Below are positions 15,882-25,306 of a DNA stretch of 64,000 nt, piece after piece (the first letter of the stretch is position 1; every line of letters begins with the position of its first letter). The notes under the pieces are model-generated. The model was not told the DNA's origin. It did not search any database and saw only the letters and a list, made by a program, of their open reading frames with translations. Source of the DNA: a bacterium (GTDB lineage: Bacteria; Patescibacteriota; Patescibacteriia; Patescibacteriales; JAKAJF01); assembly GCA_021788015.1 (NCBI GenBank), contig JAJYLD010000001.1:273581-337580 (forward strand). Reading direction: 5' to 3'. The translations under genes were made by a program, and so were the position numbers.

Positions 15882-17987
15882 ATGGAAAATACTAAAGTTA
15901 GCGAACGCGCAGAGCGTCTTCACAAACTCGAGGAACTGAAAAAAACAGGAGTAAATCCGTATTCGGCAAAAGCGCATAGATCAAAAACAATCGGCCAGAT
16001 TTTGGCTGATTTTGAAAATTTACAAAAAGAGCAAGCCGAATTTTTTATTGTCGGCAGATTAAGAAGCATTCGTTCGCACGGAAATTTAACTTTTGCCCAT
16101 TTTCAAGACGGTACCGGAAAAATTCAATTGGCGATTTCAAAAAAAGAAGTCGGTGATGAAAACTATAAAAAATTCATAAAGCTAATCGATACCGGCGATT
16201 TTATCGAAGTGGAAGGGACATGTTTTTTGACCCACAAGGGTGAAAAAAGCGTCATGGTAAAAAGTTGGAAACTTTTAACCAAATCTTTGCGTCCGCTTCC
16301 GGACAAATGGCATGGTCTTCAAGACGAAGAAGAAAGGCTTCGTAAAAGATATTTGGATATTTTATTTAATGACGAAGTCAGGGACATGATTGAAAAGCGG
16401 GCGAAATTTTGGGCGGCTGTTCGTGAATTTTTAAATAAGCGCGGATTTCTTGAAGTCGAAACTCCGGTTTTTGAAACGACAACCGGCGGAGCGGACGCTC
16501 GGCCGTTCATAACCCATCATAACGCTTTGGATATGGATGTTTATTTAAGAATTTCTTGCGGAGAACTTTGGCAAAAAAAATTGATGGTGGCCGGTTTCGA
16601 TAAAACTTTCGAGATCGGAAGAGTTTTTCGAAACGAAGGCATGAGCCAAGAACATTTGCAGGATTACACGCAAATGGAATTTTATTGGGCTTACGCCGAT
16701 TACGAGGACGGCATGAAGCTGGTTGAAGAAATGTATAAACATATCGCCGAAAAAACTTTCGGCACTCTGAAGTTCAAAATTAAAAATTTCGATATCGATC
16801 TGGGCAAGACATGGGAGAGATATGATTACAGAGAAGTAATTGAAAAATATACCGGCATCGACGTTTTAAACGCCGATATCGCCGAAATCGAAAAAAAATT
16901 AAAAGAATTAAAAGTCGAATACGACAAGAAAGGATTTAATATCACGCGCGCAATCGATAATCTTTGGAAATATTGCCGCAAAAATATCGGCGGTCCGGGT
17001 TTTCTCGTTAACGTTCCCGTTACCATGGAGCCGCTTGCCAAACGAATGGACGATAATCCGGAATTGGTGCAGCGCTTTCAGATAGTTTTAGCCGGATCGG
17101 AAATGGGTAAGGGTTATTCGGAGTTGAATGATCCGATCGACCAGGCGGAAAGATTCGGCAAGCAACAGGCTCTGCGCGAAGCCGGAGACGAAGAAGCGCA
17201 GATGTTTGACCATGAATTCGTCGAAGCTTTGGAATACGGCATGCCGCCGACTTGCGGATTCGGATTATCGGAAAGGTTGTTCAGTTTTTTTATGAACAAG
17301 CCCGTAAGAGAATGCCAAATTTTCCCGTTGATGCGGCCGAAAAATATTGAAAATTCCCGCGAAGAAAGGACATCTTCCAAGGAATCCGATATAAAATTTT
17401 CTGAAAATTTGGGCATAGACAAGAAAAAAGCCGATGGATTAATTAACGAATACATAACCGATCCGGTCACAAAACTTCATTGCTTTGAATCGGAAGCGAT
17501 CATGAAGAAATTAGCGAAACATTTCGGAGAGAATGAAGAAAGATGGGGAATTGTCGGCTTGCTCCACGATGTTGACTGGGATTTGACTAAAAAGGATCAA
17601 AAAAATCATTGCATTAAAAGCCAAGAAATCTTGAAACAGGCAGGTGGATCGGATTTTTTGATCAAAACCATAGTTTCACACGGTTATGGGAATGAGATGA
17701 TTCCCGAACTGCAAGACAAAAAACGGAGCACTAAAATTCAGCATGCCTTGGTCGCGTCCGAGACTTTGACAGGCCTTATAATTGCAACTACTTTAATGAC
17801 TCCCGATAAAAAATTGGCATCAGTTACCCACCAATCCTTAAAAAAGAAATTCAAAAATTTAAAATTCGCCGCCCGTTGCGACAGGGAGCTCATAAGGGAG
17901 TGCGAAGTAATCGGAATAAATATCGATGATTTCTTAAAGATGGGTCTTGAGGCGCTCCAAGAGATATCAGATAAACTTGGTTTTTGA
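15882..17987 (+). CDS. lysS: lysyl-tRNA synthetase (class II) fused to a C-terminal HD-domain hydrolase
   Basis: The LysRS core runs through ...ECQIFPLMRPK (~aa 1-495). A linker is followed by an HD module (GIVGLLHDVDWDL...VSHGYG...). Confidence 0.9.
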   Translation: MENTKVSERAERLHKLEELKKTGVNPYSAKAHRSKTIGQILADFENLQKEQAEFFIVGRLRSIRSHGNLTFAHFQDGTGKIQLAISKKEVGDENYKKFIKLIDTGDFIEVEGTCFLTHKGEKSVMVKSWKLLTKSLRPLPDKWHGLQDEEERLRKRYLDILFNDEVRDMIEKRAKFWAAVREFLNKRGFLEVETPVFETTTGGADARPFITHHNALDMDVYLRISCGELWQKKLMVAGFDKTFEIGRVFRNEGMSQEHLQDYTQMEFYWAYADYEDGMKLVEEMYKHIAEKTFGTLKFKIKNFDIDLGKTWERYDYREVIEKYTGIDVLNADIAEIEKKLKELKVEYDKKGFNITRAIDNLWKYCRKNIGGPGFLVNVPVTMEPLAKRMDDNPELVQRFQIVLAGSEMGKGYSELNDPIDQAERFGKQQALREAGDEEAQMFDHEFVEALEYGMPPTCGFGLSERLFSFFMNKPVRECQIFPLMRPKNIENSREERTSSKESDIKFSENLGIDKKKADGLINEYITDPVTKLHCFESEAIMKKLAKHFGENEERWGIVGLLHDVDWDLTKKDQKNHCIKSQEILKQAGGSDFLIKTIVSHGYGNEMIPELQDKKRSTKIQHALVASETLTGLIIATTLMTPDKKLASVTHQSLKKKFKNLKFAARCDRELIRECEVIGINIDDFLKMGLEALQEISDKLGF

Positions 17988-17993
17988 CATATT

Positions 17994-18362
17994 ATGGGTA
18001 TTAAAATCGAATTCAATCCCGAATTGGCTTTACGAAATATTCTCGAGTTCAAATCGGGAGAGAAAAAAATCGAAGAATGCATTCCGGAAAATTTGGAAGA
18101 AGGAAAAATTTACGATTTTTTAAAACGGGAACAAAGAAATTTTTGGCTTAAAGGCGAGATTCCTTTGATCGAAACGAAAGGAAACGGAAATTATTCCCGG
18201 CCGATCGCGAGCGTAATAATTCTCGAAGCGACGCATTTTGATAACGATAACAGCGAAACTTGCACAAAAGGAAAATATAAAATTGTCGAAATTTTTAAAG
18301 ACAAGGAAATCCATTTTGAAGCGACGGACAGGATTGGGAAAAGATATACAGTGGAATATTAA
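17994..18362 (+). CDS. hypothetical protein (122 aa)
   Basis: Clean ORF tightly packed after lysS; no motif recognised. Confidence 0.55.
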   Translation: MGIKIEFNPELALRNILEFKSGEKKIEECIPENLEEGKIYDFLKREQRNFWLKGEIPLIETKGNGNYSRPIASVIILEATHFDNDNSETCTKGKYKIVEIFKDKEIHFEATDRIGKRYTVEY

Positions 18363-18366
18363 AAAT

Positions 18367-18792
18367 ATGAGGATAACAATTTGCGGCAGTTCAAAATTTA
18401 GATTTGAGATGGTGGATTACAAAAAGAAATTGGAAAACATGGGGCACAAAGCTATTGTGCATGAGCATTATATAAAATCGGTTAACGGAGAAATGCCGGA
18501 ATTGATGGAAAGAGTCGAGAAGGAACACGCGAAATTAAAAAAAGAAAACGGTTATATCAGATGGTATCATAACGAGATAAATTCAAGCGACGCGATCTTG
18601 GTTTTAAATTTTGAAAAAAACGGAATTGAAAATTATATCGGCGGCAATACGCTTATGGAAATGGGGTTCGCTTATGTCGTCGGAAAAAAAATTTTCTTAA
18701 TCAACCCCATTCCGGATACCCTGAAATATAAAGACGAAATAGAAGCGATGGACCCGATAATTTTAAATGGTGATTTGAATTTGGTGGAATAA
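18367..18792 (+). CDS. nucleoside 2-deoxyribosyltransferase-like (Rossmann-like) protein
   Basis: MRITICGSSKF...SSDAILVLN....YIGGNTLMEMGFAYVVGKKIF pattern. Internal ATG 18367 is preferred over the track start 18238, which overlaps the upstream gene. Confidence 0.55.
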   Translation: MRITICGSSKFRFEMVDYKKKLENMGHKAIVHEHYIKSVNGEMPELMERVEKEHAKLKKENGYIRWYHNEINSSDAILVLNFEKNGIENYIGGNTLMEMGFAYVVGKKIFLINPIPDTLKYKDEIEAMDPIILNGDLNLVE

Positions 18793-18798
18793 GTGTGT

Positions 18799-19398
18799 AT
18801 GAAAATTCTACTTGGCACAAACAATAAAAATAAGATCGAACAGTTCAAAAGAATTTTTAAAAGTTTAAATTCGGATGTTGAATTAGTTTCCTTAAACGAA
18901 GCCGGAATAATCGATGACGTTGAAGAAGATGCGGACAATCTCTTGGATAATGCCAAGAAGAAAGCGAAATTTTACGGGGAAAAATCGAGAATGATTGCCT
19001 TGAGCGACGATACGGGATTATTTGTCGACGCGTTGGATGGAGAGCCGGGAATTCATGCGAAAAGATGGCATGAAGGAACCGAAATTGACAGGTGTAATAA
19101 ATTATTGGAAAAATTAAAAGGTATTCCGGAAAAAGAAAGAACATGCAGATACGGAGGTGTTTTAACTATCTACAATCCGCAAACTAAAGAATTTTGGACA
19201 TATACGAATGATCTTGAGGCGGTAATTTCGGATGAGTTCAGGGGAGGGTTTGGATTTGGCTATGATCCGATTTTTAAATTGCCGAACGGAAAGCATTACG
19301 CGGAATTAATTGATTCGGAACGAGATAAGATCAGTCATCGAGGATTGGGTATTAAAAAATTTTTAAACGACGGCACATGGAAAACTTGGAAAAAATAA
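18799..19398 (+). CDS. rdgB: non-canonical purine NTP pyrophosphatase (RdgB/HAM1)
   Basis: ILLGTNNKNKIEQF, ...SDDTGLFVDALDGEPGI..., GFGYDPIF, ...ISHRG. Confidence 0.85.
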   Translation: MKILLGTNNKNKIEQFKRIFKSLNSDVELVSLNEAGIIDDVEEDADNLLDNAKKKAKFYGEKSRMIALSDDTGLFVDALDGEPGIHAKRWHEGTEIDRCNKLLEKLKGIPEKERTCRYGGVLTIYNPQTKEFWTYTNDLEAVISDEFRGGFGFGYDPIFKLPNGKHYAELIDSERDKISHRGLGIKKFLNDGTWKTWKK

Positions 19399-19994
19399 TT
19401 GAATTTTTGCATGAAATCGGAAATTTGAAAAAGACCATGCGGTTTGGCGCGAATGACTTGATTAAGGGCGATTCGAGCGCCGACCATTCCTGGCGGTTGG
19501 CGTTGATGACGTTCGTCATGGCGGAAGAATTGAATCTTGAAATCGATGTTTTGCGCGCCATGAAAATAGCTTTAATACACGATCTGGCGGAAGCGATTAC
19601 GGGAGATATCGACATCAGGATTATCGCCGCGAAAAAAATGACAAAAGAGCAAAAAGAAAAGATGGAAATGGAGGCTTTTGAAAATCTGCGAAAATCGTTG
19701 CCGTACGATCTGGGAAAAGAAGTTTATGAGCTATGGAAAGAATACGAAAACGGATCGTCTTCGGAGGGAAAATATATAAAAGCTTTGGATAAGCTCGAAA
19801 CGCAACTGAAAATAATCGAGGAAGGTTACAAAGTCTACGATTCGCCGGAACTTATTGCGAACTATCCAAACAAAGCCGTCGAGAATTTTCCCGAATTGAC
19901 GCCGGTTCTAAAAATTATAAAGGAAAAATTGAAGGAAGAATTCAAAAAAGGCGATTTTGAATGGAAACCGGAGTACGATATGCAAATTAAGTAA
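19377..19994 (+). CDS. HD-domain 5'-deoxynucleotidase (YfbR/HDDC2-like)
   Basis: SSADHSWRLALM......ALIHDLAEAITGDI. Confidence 0.8.
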   Translation: MENLEKIIEFLHEIGNLKKTMRFGANDLIKGDSSADHSWRLALMTFVMAEELNLEIDVLRAMKIALIHDLAEAITGDIDIRIIAAKKMTKEQKEKMEMEAFENLRKSLPYDLGKEVYELWKEYENGSSSEGKYIKALDKLETQLKIIEEGYKVYDSPELIANYPNKAVENFPELTPVLKIIKEKLKEEFKKGDFEWKPEYDMQIK

Positions 19995-19996
19995 AA

Positions 19997-20025
19997 GTCA
20001 TTCCCCTACGAAAGCGGGAATTCAG
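19997..20025. repeat. ATTCCC-N-GGGAAT hairpin (family 3), start of a repeat-filled spacer (to ~20110)
   Basis: gtcattcccctacgaaagcgggaattcag. A second hairpin CCTGAATcaaATTCAGG lies at 20081-20098. Confidence 0.7.
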
Positions 20026-20115
20026 AATCAAAAATAAATTTTTGTAATTTGATAAAATCACGGTACGGGGGATCCCACATTCCTGAATCAAATTCAGGAC
20101 AGGCTGCGGACCGGG

Positions 20116-21405
20116 ATGGCAATACAATATATGCTGGATATAAAATTCATACGAGAAAATCCGGAGTTGGTAAAGAAAAACGCCAAAAACAGATTGGTCG
20201 ATGTTGATATTGATAAGCTTTTGGATTTGGATCAAAAACGGCGAGAGGTAAGTATAAAGATTGATGAATTGAGGGCGAAACGAAATTCCGTTTCGCAAGT
20301 TAAGCCGACTCCGGAAATAATCGAAGAAATGAAAAAAACCGGGGAAGAAATTAAAAAATTGGAGCGGGAAATTATTCCGATCGAAGCCGCATTCCGCGAA
20401 CTTTGGCTTGCCGTTCCCAATTTAACGCATCCCGACGTTGTGGTCAGTCAAAACGAAGATGATAACCCGGTGCTGGACACATTCGGTAAACCGACGAAAT
20501 TCGATTTCGAACCACTTGATCACGTCCAACTTGCGGAAAAAAACGACTTAATCGATTTTGACCGGGCGACAAAAGTGACCGGCGCGAAATTTTATTATTT
20601 AAAAAATGAACTGGCGTTGATGGAATTCGCGCTTGTCCAATACGCTTTGAGCGTCGTCATGAAGCACGGCTTCATTCCGTTTGTCACTCCCGATCTGGCG
20701 AAAAGAGAAGTTTTGGACGGCCTAGGCTTTAATCCGAGAGGGGAGTCAACCAATATTTACAATGTGGAAAATGCCGATTTAAGCCTGATAGGCACGGCCG
20801 AAATAACCATGGGCGGATACCACATGAACGAAATTTTGGATGAAAGCGAATTGCCAAAAAAATATGTTGCCGTATCGCATTGTTTCAGGACAGAAGCGGG
20901 ATCTTATTCGAAGTTTTCCAAAGGCACATTCCGCGTCCATCAATTTACAAAGGTGGAAATGTTTCAATATACTTTGCCGGAAGAATCGGAAAAAGCGCAC
21001 TTCGGAATGCTTGAAATTGAAAAAGAAATTTTTAAAGGATTAAAAATTCCGTTCCGCGTCATCGATCATTCTACGGCCGATTTGGGTTCGCCGTCTTACC
21101 GAACATACGATCTCGAGGCGTGGATGCCGGGCAAGCCGAATAAAGAGGGCGCGCAAGGCGACTGGGCGGAAATCACGTCGACTTCCAATACGACCGATTT
21201 TCAGGCGCGCGGCTTGAATATCAAATACAAAACCAAAGACGGAAAAAAGAAATATGTCCACATGTTAAACGGAACGGCCATAGCAAATAGCCGCGGCATA
21301 ATAGCGATTCTGGAAAACTATCAACAAAAAGACGGTTCGATTGTTATTCCGAAAGTTTTGCAAAATTACCTGGGAGGAAAAAAATTAATTAAAAATTTTA
21401 AATAA
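20116..21405 (+). CDS. serS: seryl-tRNA synthetase
   Basis: N-terminal coiled-coil arm and class II motifs (FRTEAGS..., GDWAEITSTSN..DFQARG). Confidence 0.95.
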   Translation: MAIQYMLDIKFIRENPELVKKNAKNRLVDVDIDKLLDLDQKRREVSIKIDELRAKRNSVSQVKPTPEIIEEMKKTGEEIKKLEREIIPIEAAFRELWLAVPNLTHPDVVVSQNEDDNPVLDTFGKPTKFDFEPLDHVQLAEKNDLIDFDRATKVTGAKFYYLKNELALMEFALVQYALSVVMKHGFIPFVTPDLAKREVLDGLGFNPRGESTNIYNVENADLSLIGTAEITMGGYHMNEILDESELPKKYVAVSHCFRTEAGSYSKFSKGTFRVHQFTKVEMFQYTLPEESEKAHFGMLEIEKEIFKGLKIPFRVIDHSTADLGSPSYRTYDLEAWMPGKPNKEGAQGDWAEITSTSNTTDFQARGLNIKYKTKDGKKKYVHMLNGTAIANSRGIIAILENYQQKDGSIVIPKVLQNYLGGKKLIKNFK

Positions 21406-21420
21406 AGCAAAAACTAAATT

Positions 21421-21639
21421 ATGCAACACTTTTTCCAAAACTATCCCTGGCTGATCGCCGTCATCGCCCTTTGGACGCTGCCATGGAAGGGTTACGCCCT
21501 CTGGCTTTCCGCGAGAAAAAGCCATAAAGTTTGGTTCATCGTTCTCTTGATTGTGAACACATTGGCGATTCTCGAAATCCTGTATATTTTTATTTTCAGC
21601 AAAATGGGCAAAGAAAAGACAGGGATGCCGAAAGAATAA
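21421..21639 (+). CDS. small two-TM membrane protein
   Basis: 72 aa, PWLIAVIALWTLPWKGYALWLSARK...WFIVLLIVNTLAILEILYIF. Confidence 0.6.
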   Translation: MQHFFQNYPWLIAVIALWTLPWKGYALWLSARKSHKVWFIVLLIVNTLAILEILYIFIFSKMGKEKTGMPKE

Positions 21640-21680
21640 TAAAAAAAGAAAACAAATTCATTATTTTTTTTCGAACCTCG

Positions 21681-22439
21681 ATGCGCGAAAGAAATTTTAT
21701 TATTGATAATTTAAAAATCAATTTTTACGAGAGCGATACCTTAAATAAAGAAAATGCTCTTGTTTTTTTGCATGGCTGGGGGAGCGAGTCTCTGCATTTG
21801 AAAAGTATTTTTGAGAAATGCAATGATTATATAGCGATTGATCTGCCCGGTTTTGGCAAAAGCGAATTGCCGAAGGAAATTTACGGAGTGAACGAATATG
21901 CCGTTTTTCTTGATTCATTTTTAAAGAAACTGGGGATTAAAAACCCAATTTTAATCGGTCATTCATTCGGCGGAAGCGTAATCATAAAGTATATCGCTGA
22001 TGGGGGCGAGGCTAAGAAAATGATTTTGATAGCAAGCGCGGGGATAAGAATAAAAACTTTCAAGAAAACGATTTACAAATATTTCGCCAAATTGGCAAGG
22101 GCATTTTTCCTGTTTCCGGGGCTTAAAGGTAAAAAAGAAAAATTTAAAAAAGATTTTTACGAAAAAATAGGTTCCGATTATTACAACGCCGGGCCTTTGG
22201 TCGAAAGTTTTAAAAAAATAGTTGCCACGGATCTAAGAAGCGAATTGAACAAAATAGAAACTGAAACGGTTTTGATTTGGGGCGAAGATGACAGATTGAC
22301 AACATTGGATCAGGCGCGCCTCATACATAATTTAATCAAAAATTCGAAATTATTTATAATAAAAAACGCCGGCCATTTTTCCTTCTTGGACAAGCCGGAT
22401 GAATTTAATAAAATATTTTTTAAAGAAGTGCGATGTTAG
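21681..22439 (+). CDS. alpha/beta-fold hydrolase
   Basis: HGWG oxyanion region, nucleophile elbow GHSFGG and a C-terminal GHF. ATG 21681 is preferred because the track start 21531 overlaps the previous gene. Confidence 0.8.
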   Translation: MRERNFIIDNLKINFYESDTLNKENALVFLHGWGSESLHLKSIFEKCNDYIAIDLPGFGKSELPKEIYGVNEYAVFLDSFLKKLGIKNPILIGHSFGGSVIIKYIADGGEAKKMILIASAGIRIKTFKKTIYKYFAKLARAFFLFPGLKGKKEKFKKDFYEKIGSDYYNAGPLVESFKKIVATDLRSELNKIETETVLIWGEDDRLTTLDQARLIHNLIKNSKLFIIKNAGHFSFLDKPDEFNKIFFKEVRC

Positions 22440-23806
22440 AAAAAAATCTTTTATATATTTTACAAATCGAAAATTATAGTCCCAAGTTCTTTTTGAGATA
22501 TGCCTACACACATTTCAACTGGTGGAATCTGGAAAAAAGAGGGAAGCTTGTTTGGACAACCAAGGCCAAGGCAATACATACCGTTTCGCTCGTTCTGATT
22601 TTTTTATTTTTTATAGGAAGTTTATTTTCATTCGGTTACAAAGGATTTTTTTCTTTAATTTTTATAATTTTATTTTTACCATTTTTTATTCTTCTTGCGT
22701 TATGTGTTCTTTCACCGCTGGATTATGCGCTCAAGAAAAAAAATACAAAATTGGCAAAAAAAATAATTGAAGAAAACAAAAGAAATTTAACCGTGATTGG
22801 CATAACCGGAAGTTACGGAAAAACGAGCACGCGGGAAATTTTAGCGAGCGTTTTGGGGGAAAAATTCAGAGTTTTAAAATTGCCGGATAATATAAACACC
22901 GATTTGGGCATTTCCGATTTTATAATAAAAAACAAAAACAATCTTAAAGATGCCGATATTTTTATCGTCGAGATGGGAGCGTTTAAAAAGGGCGAGATTA
23001 AAAAAATCTGCGATATCGTTCGTCCCGATTACGCGATTTTGACCGGCATAAACGAATCGCACCTGACCAAATTCGGCAATATGGAGAATATCATCAAAAC
23101 AAAGTTTGAACTTCCGGAAGCGGCAAAAGAAACGACCGTTCTTAATTTCAACGATAAAAATATCAGGGGAAATTATTCAAGGTTTAAAATAAAAGAGTCG
23201 ATCGGGGTTTCTTCCGGCGACGCGCAAAGATTGGAATTTAAAAATGATTTTTCCGGGATTTCGTTCGAAGTCGAAAATGTGCGATTTGAAACGAAACTTC
23301 TGGCTTTGCATAATGTCGTCTTGATTCTGCTTTGTCTTGAAATCGCCAAAAAATTAAACATGAATTTGGAAGAAATCAAAAGGGGAGTCGAAAAAATAAA
23401 AATAATTCCGCACAGGCTTGAGCCGATCTACAATGCCAGGACAAACATCCGGGTTATCGATGACAGTTACAATGGAAATTTAAACGGTTTTATAAGCGGC
23501 CTTGAAGTTTTAAGCAATGCTCGCGGGAGAAAAATAGTTCTTACCCCGGGATTGGTCGAATTGGGAGAAAAGACCGAGGAGATTCACAAGAAGATAGGCG
23601 AACTGTACGCTAAGAAAAAATTGGATCTCGTACTTTTGATCAAAAATAAAGTTAGCGATTATATTGTTTACGGCATGGAAAAAAACAATTTTAAAAGATA
23701 TAAAATTTATAATTCAACAAAAGAGGCGCATGCGGATCTTGGCAATATTTTAATGAATGGCGATACGATTATTTTTCAAAACGATTGGCCGGATAATTAT
23801 TTTTAA
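22433..23806 (+). CDS. murF: MurF-like Mur ligase with N-terminal membrane segment replacing the usual N-domain
   Basis: P-loop GITGSYGKTSTRE and a C-terminal Mur ligase domain (PHRLEP...DDSYN.N). Residues ~45-100 are strongly hydrophobic. Confidence 0.7.
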   Translation: MLEKNLLYILQIENYSPKFFLRYAYTHFNWWNLEKRGKLVWTTKAKAIHTVSLVLIFLFFIGSLFSFGYKGFFSLIFIILFLPFFILLALCVLSPLDYALKKKNTKLAKKIIEENKRNLTVIGITGSYGKTSTREILASVLGEKFRVLKLPDNINTDLGISDFIIKNKNNLKDADIFIVEMGAFKKGEIKKICDIVRPDYAILTGINESHLTKFGNMENIIKTKFELPEAAKETTVLNFNDKNIRGNYSRFKIKESIGVSSGDAQRLEFKNDFSGISFEVENVRFETKLLALHNVVLILLCLEIAKKLNMNLEEIKRGVEKIKIIPHRLEPIYNARTNIRVIDDSYNGNLNGFISGLEVLSNARGRKIVLTPGLVELGEKTEEIHKKIGELYAKKKLDLVLLIKNKVSDYIVYGMEKNNFKRYKIYNSTKEAHADLGNILMNGDTIIFQNDWPDNYF

Positions 23807-24115
23807 ATATATGGAAAAACTTAATGAACAATTTAAAATGCCGATGTAATCGGAAAAAAGAGGCGATGATTTGTATGTTTTTGGCGGTGAAACAAAACAA
23901 TTACTAGAACTGGCTCAAACTTTTTATAACCGAGCACAGCCAGATTGTTTGGATATTAAACAATATTTGTTAAACGGGGGAAGAAATAAGACCCATGGGA
24001 GTTTTCGCCATGTTTTTGCAAAGGGGACGGTTATGGACTCAAAACAGAAACGCACGTGGGCATAAAAAAACGCAAGAAAAATTGAAAGAATTATTAAACG
24101 ATTATATTTAAATAT

Positions 24116-25306
24116 ATGCATAAAAATATCGGTGTTTTTTTTGGAGGCAAAAGCCCGGAACATGACGTTTCCATAATTACGGCCCAGCTTATCATTTCCG
24201 AGCTCAAGAAAATGGGATATGTCGTTACGCCCGTTTATTTAAGCAAAGGAGGGGAGTGGCATATCGATGAAAAATTGGGCCGGTTAAAATTTTTTCATGA
24301 GGACGACAGGGAAGTTATGCTTAAAAATTTTCGGAAATACTACTTGGATTTGGAAAATTCAAACGGAAAAATCATTTTTAAAAAGAAAGGGTTGGGTTCA
24401 AAAAAAATCGAAATCGATTTGGCATTTCCCGCTTTCCACGGCATGAACGGAGAGGACGGAACCGTCCAGGGCCTTTTTGAAATTTTGAATATTCCCTACG
24501 TCGGTTGCGATGTCGCGTCATCCGCGATAACAATCGATAAAATTCTGACCAAGCTGTATTACCAAAGCCAAAATATCGCTACGACCAAGTTTGTTTATTT
24601 TACAAAAAAAGATTGGAACGGAAACAGAGACGAAACGCTCAAAAAAATAAAAACATTGCGATGGCCGTTGTTCGTTAAACCGCCTAAACTGGGTTCCTCA
24701 ATCGGAATTACGAAAGCGAAGAATGAAGAAGGATTGATTTTTGGCATCGAAGTCGCTTTGCATTACGGAGAAAGAGTTTTAGTTGAGGAAGGCGTCGAAA
24801 GTTTAATGGACGTGACATGTTCCGTCATGGGAAACGACGAGTTGACCGCTTCCTTGCTCCAAGAATCTGTTTTTCAAAGCGATTTGCTGGATTTCGAAGA
24901 AAAATATTTGAAAGAAGGTGGAACGCAATTCGGGGAATCGAAAAGAGGGGTCGTTATTCCGGCGCGACTTGACGAAAGAATCACTCGCGCAATTCGCGAA
25001 AAAGCGAAAGAAATTTATAAACTTTTCGGATGCAGCGGCATCGCGCGGGTGGATTTTCTTTTTGACGAGTCAATGAATATTTTCTATGCCAACGAGGTCA
25101 ACACTTTGCCGGGAACTCTCTATCATCATCTCTGGAAAGCGAGCGGGGTTGAACTTGACGAACTCATTGCAAAATTAATCGGTTACGCGGAAGAAAAATA
25201 CAAAATGAAAAATGAAATCCAATATACATTCGAATCCGGAATGTTAAAATATTCTAAATCAATAAAATTATCCCTTAAAGAAGAAAAGGATGGCCAATCG
25301 AACTAA
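24116..25306 (+). CDS. ddl: D-alanine--D-alanine ligase
   Basis: GVFFGGKSPEHDVS, HGMNGEDGTVQGLFEILNIPYVGC, ATP-grasp ...ARVDFL....ANEVNTLPG. Confidence 0.9.
   Translation: MHKNIGVFFGGKSPEHDVSIITAQLIISELKKMGYVVTPVYLSKGGEWHIDEKLGRLKFFHEDDREVMLKNFRKYYLDLENSNGKIIFKKKGLGSKKIEIDLAFPAFHGMNGEDGTVQGLFEILNIPYVGCDVASSAITIDKILTKLYYQSQNIATTKFVYFTKKDWNGNRDETLKKIKTLRWPLFVKPPKLGSSIGITKAKNEEGLIFGIEVALHYGERVLVEEGVESLMDVTCSVMGNDELTASLLQESVFQSDLLDFEEKYLKEGGTQFGESKRGVVIPARLDERITRAIREKAKEIYKLFGCSGIARVDFLFDESMNIFYANEVNTLPGTLYHHLWKASGVELDELIAKLIGYAEEKYKMKNEIQYTFESGMLKYSKSIKLSLKEEKDGQSN

Noticed and set aside
23871-24065. 64-aa ORF (TTG start) and a 26-codon ORF (MNNLKCRCNRKKEAMI...) in the murF-ddl spacer.
   Set aside because: There is no SD, promoter or terminator support and no recognisable motif. 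They are possibly remnants of a decayed gene, but I cannot support a call.
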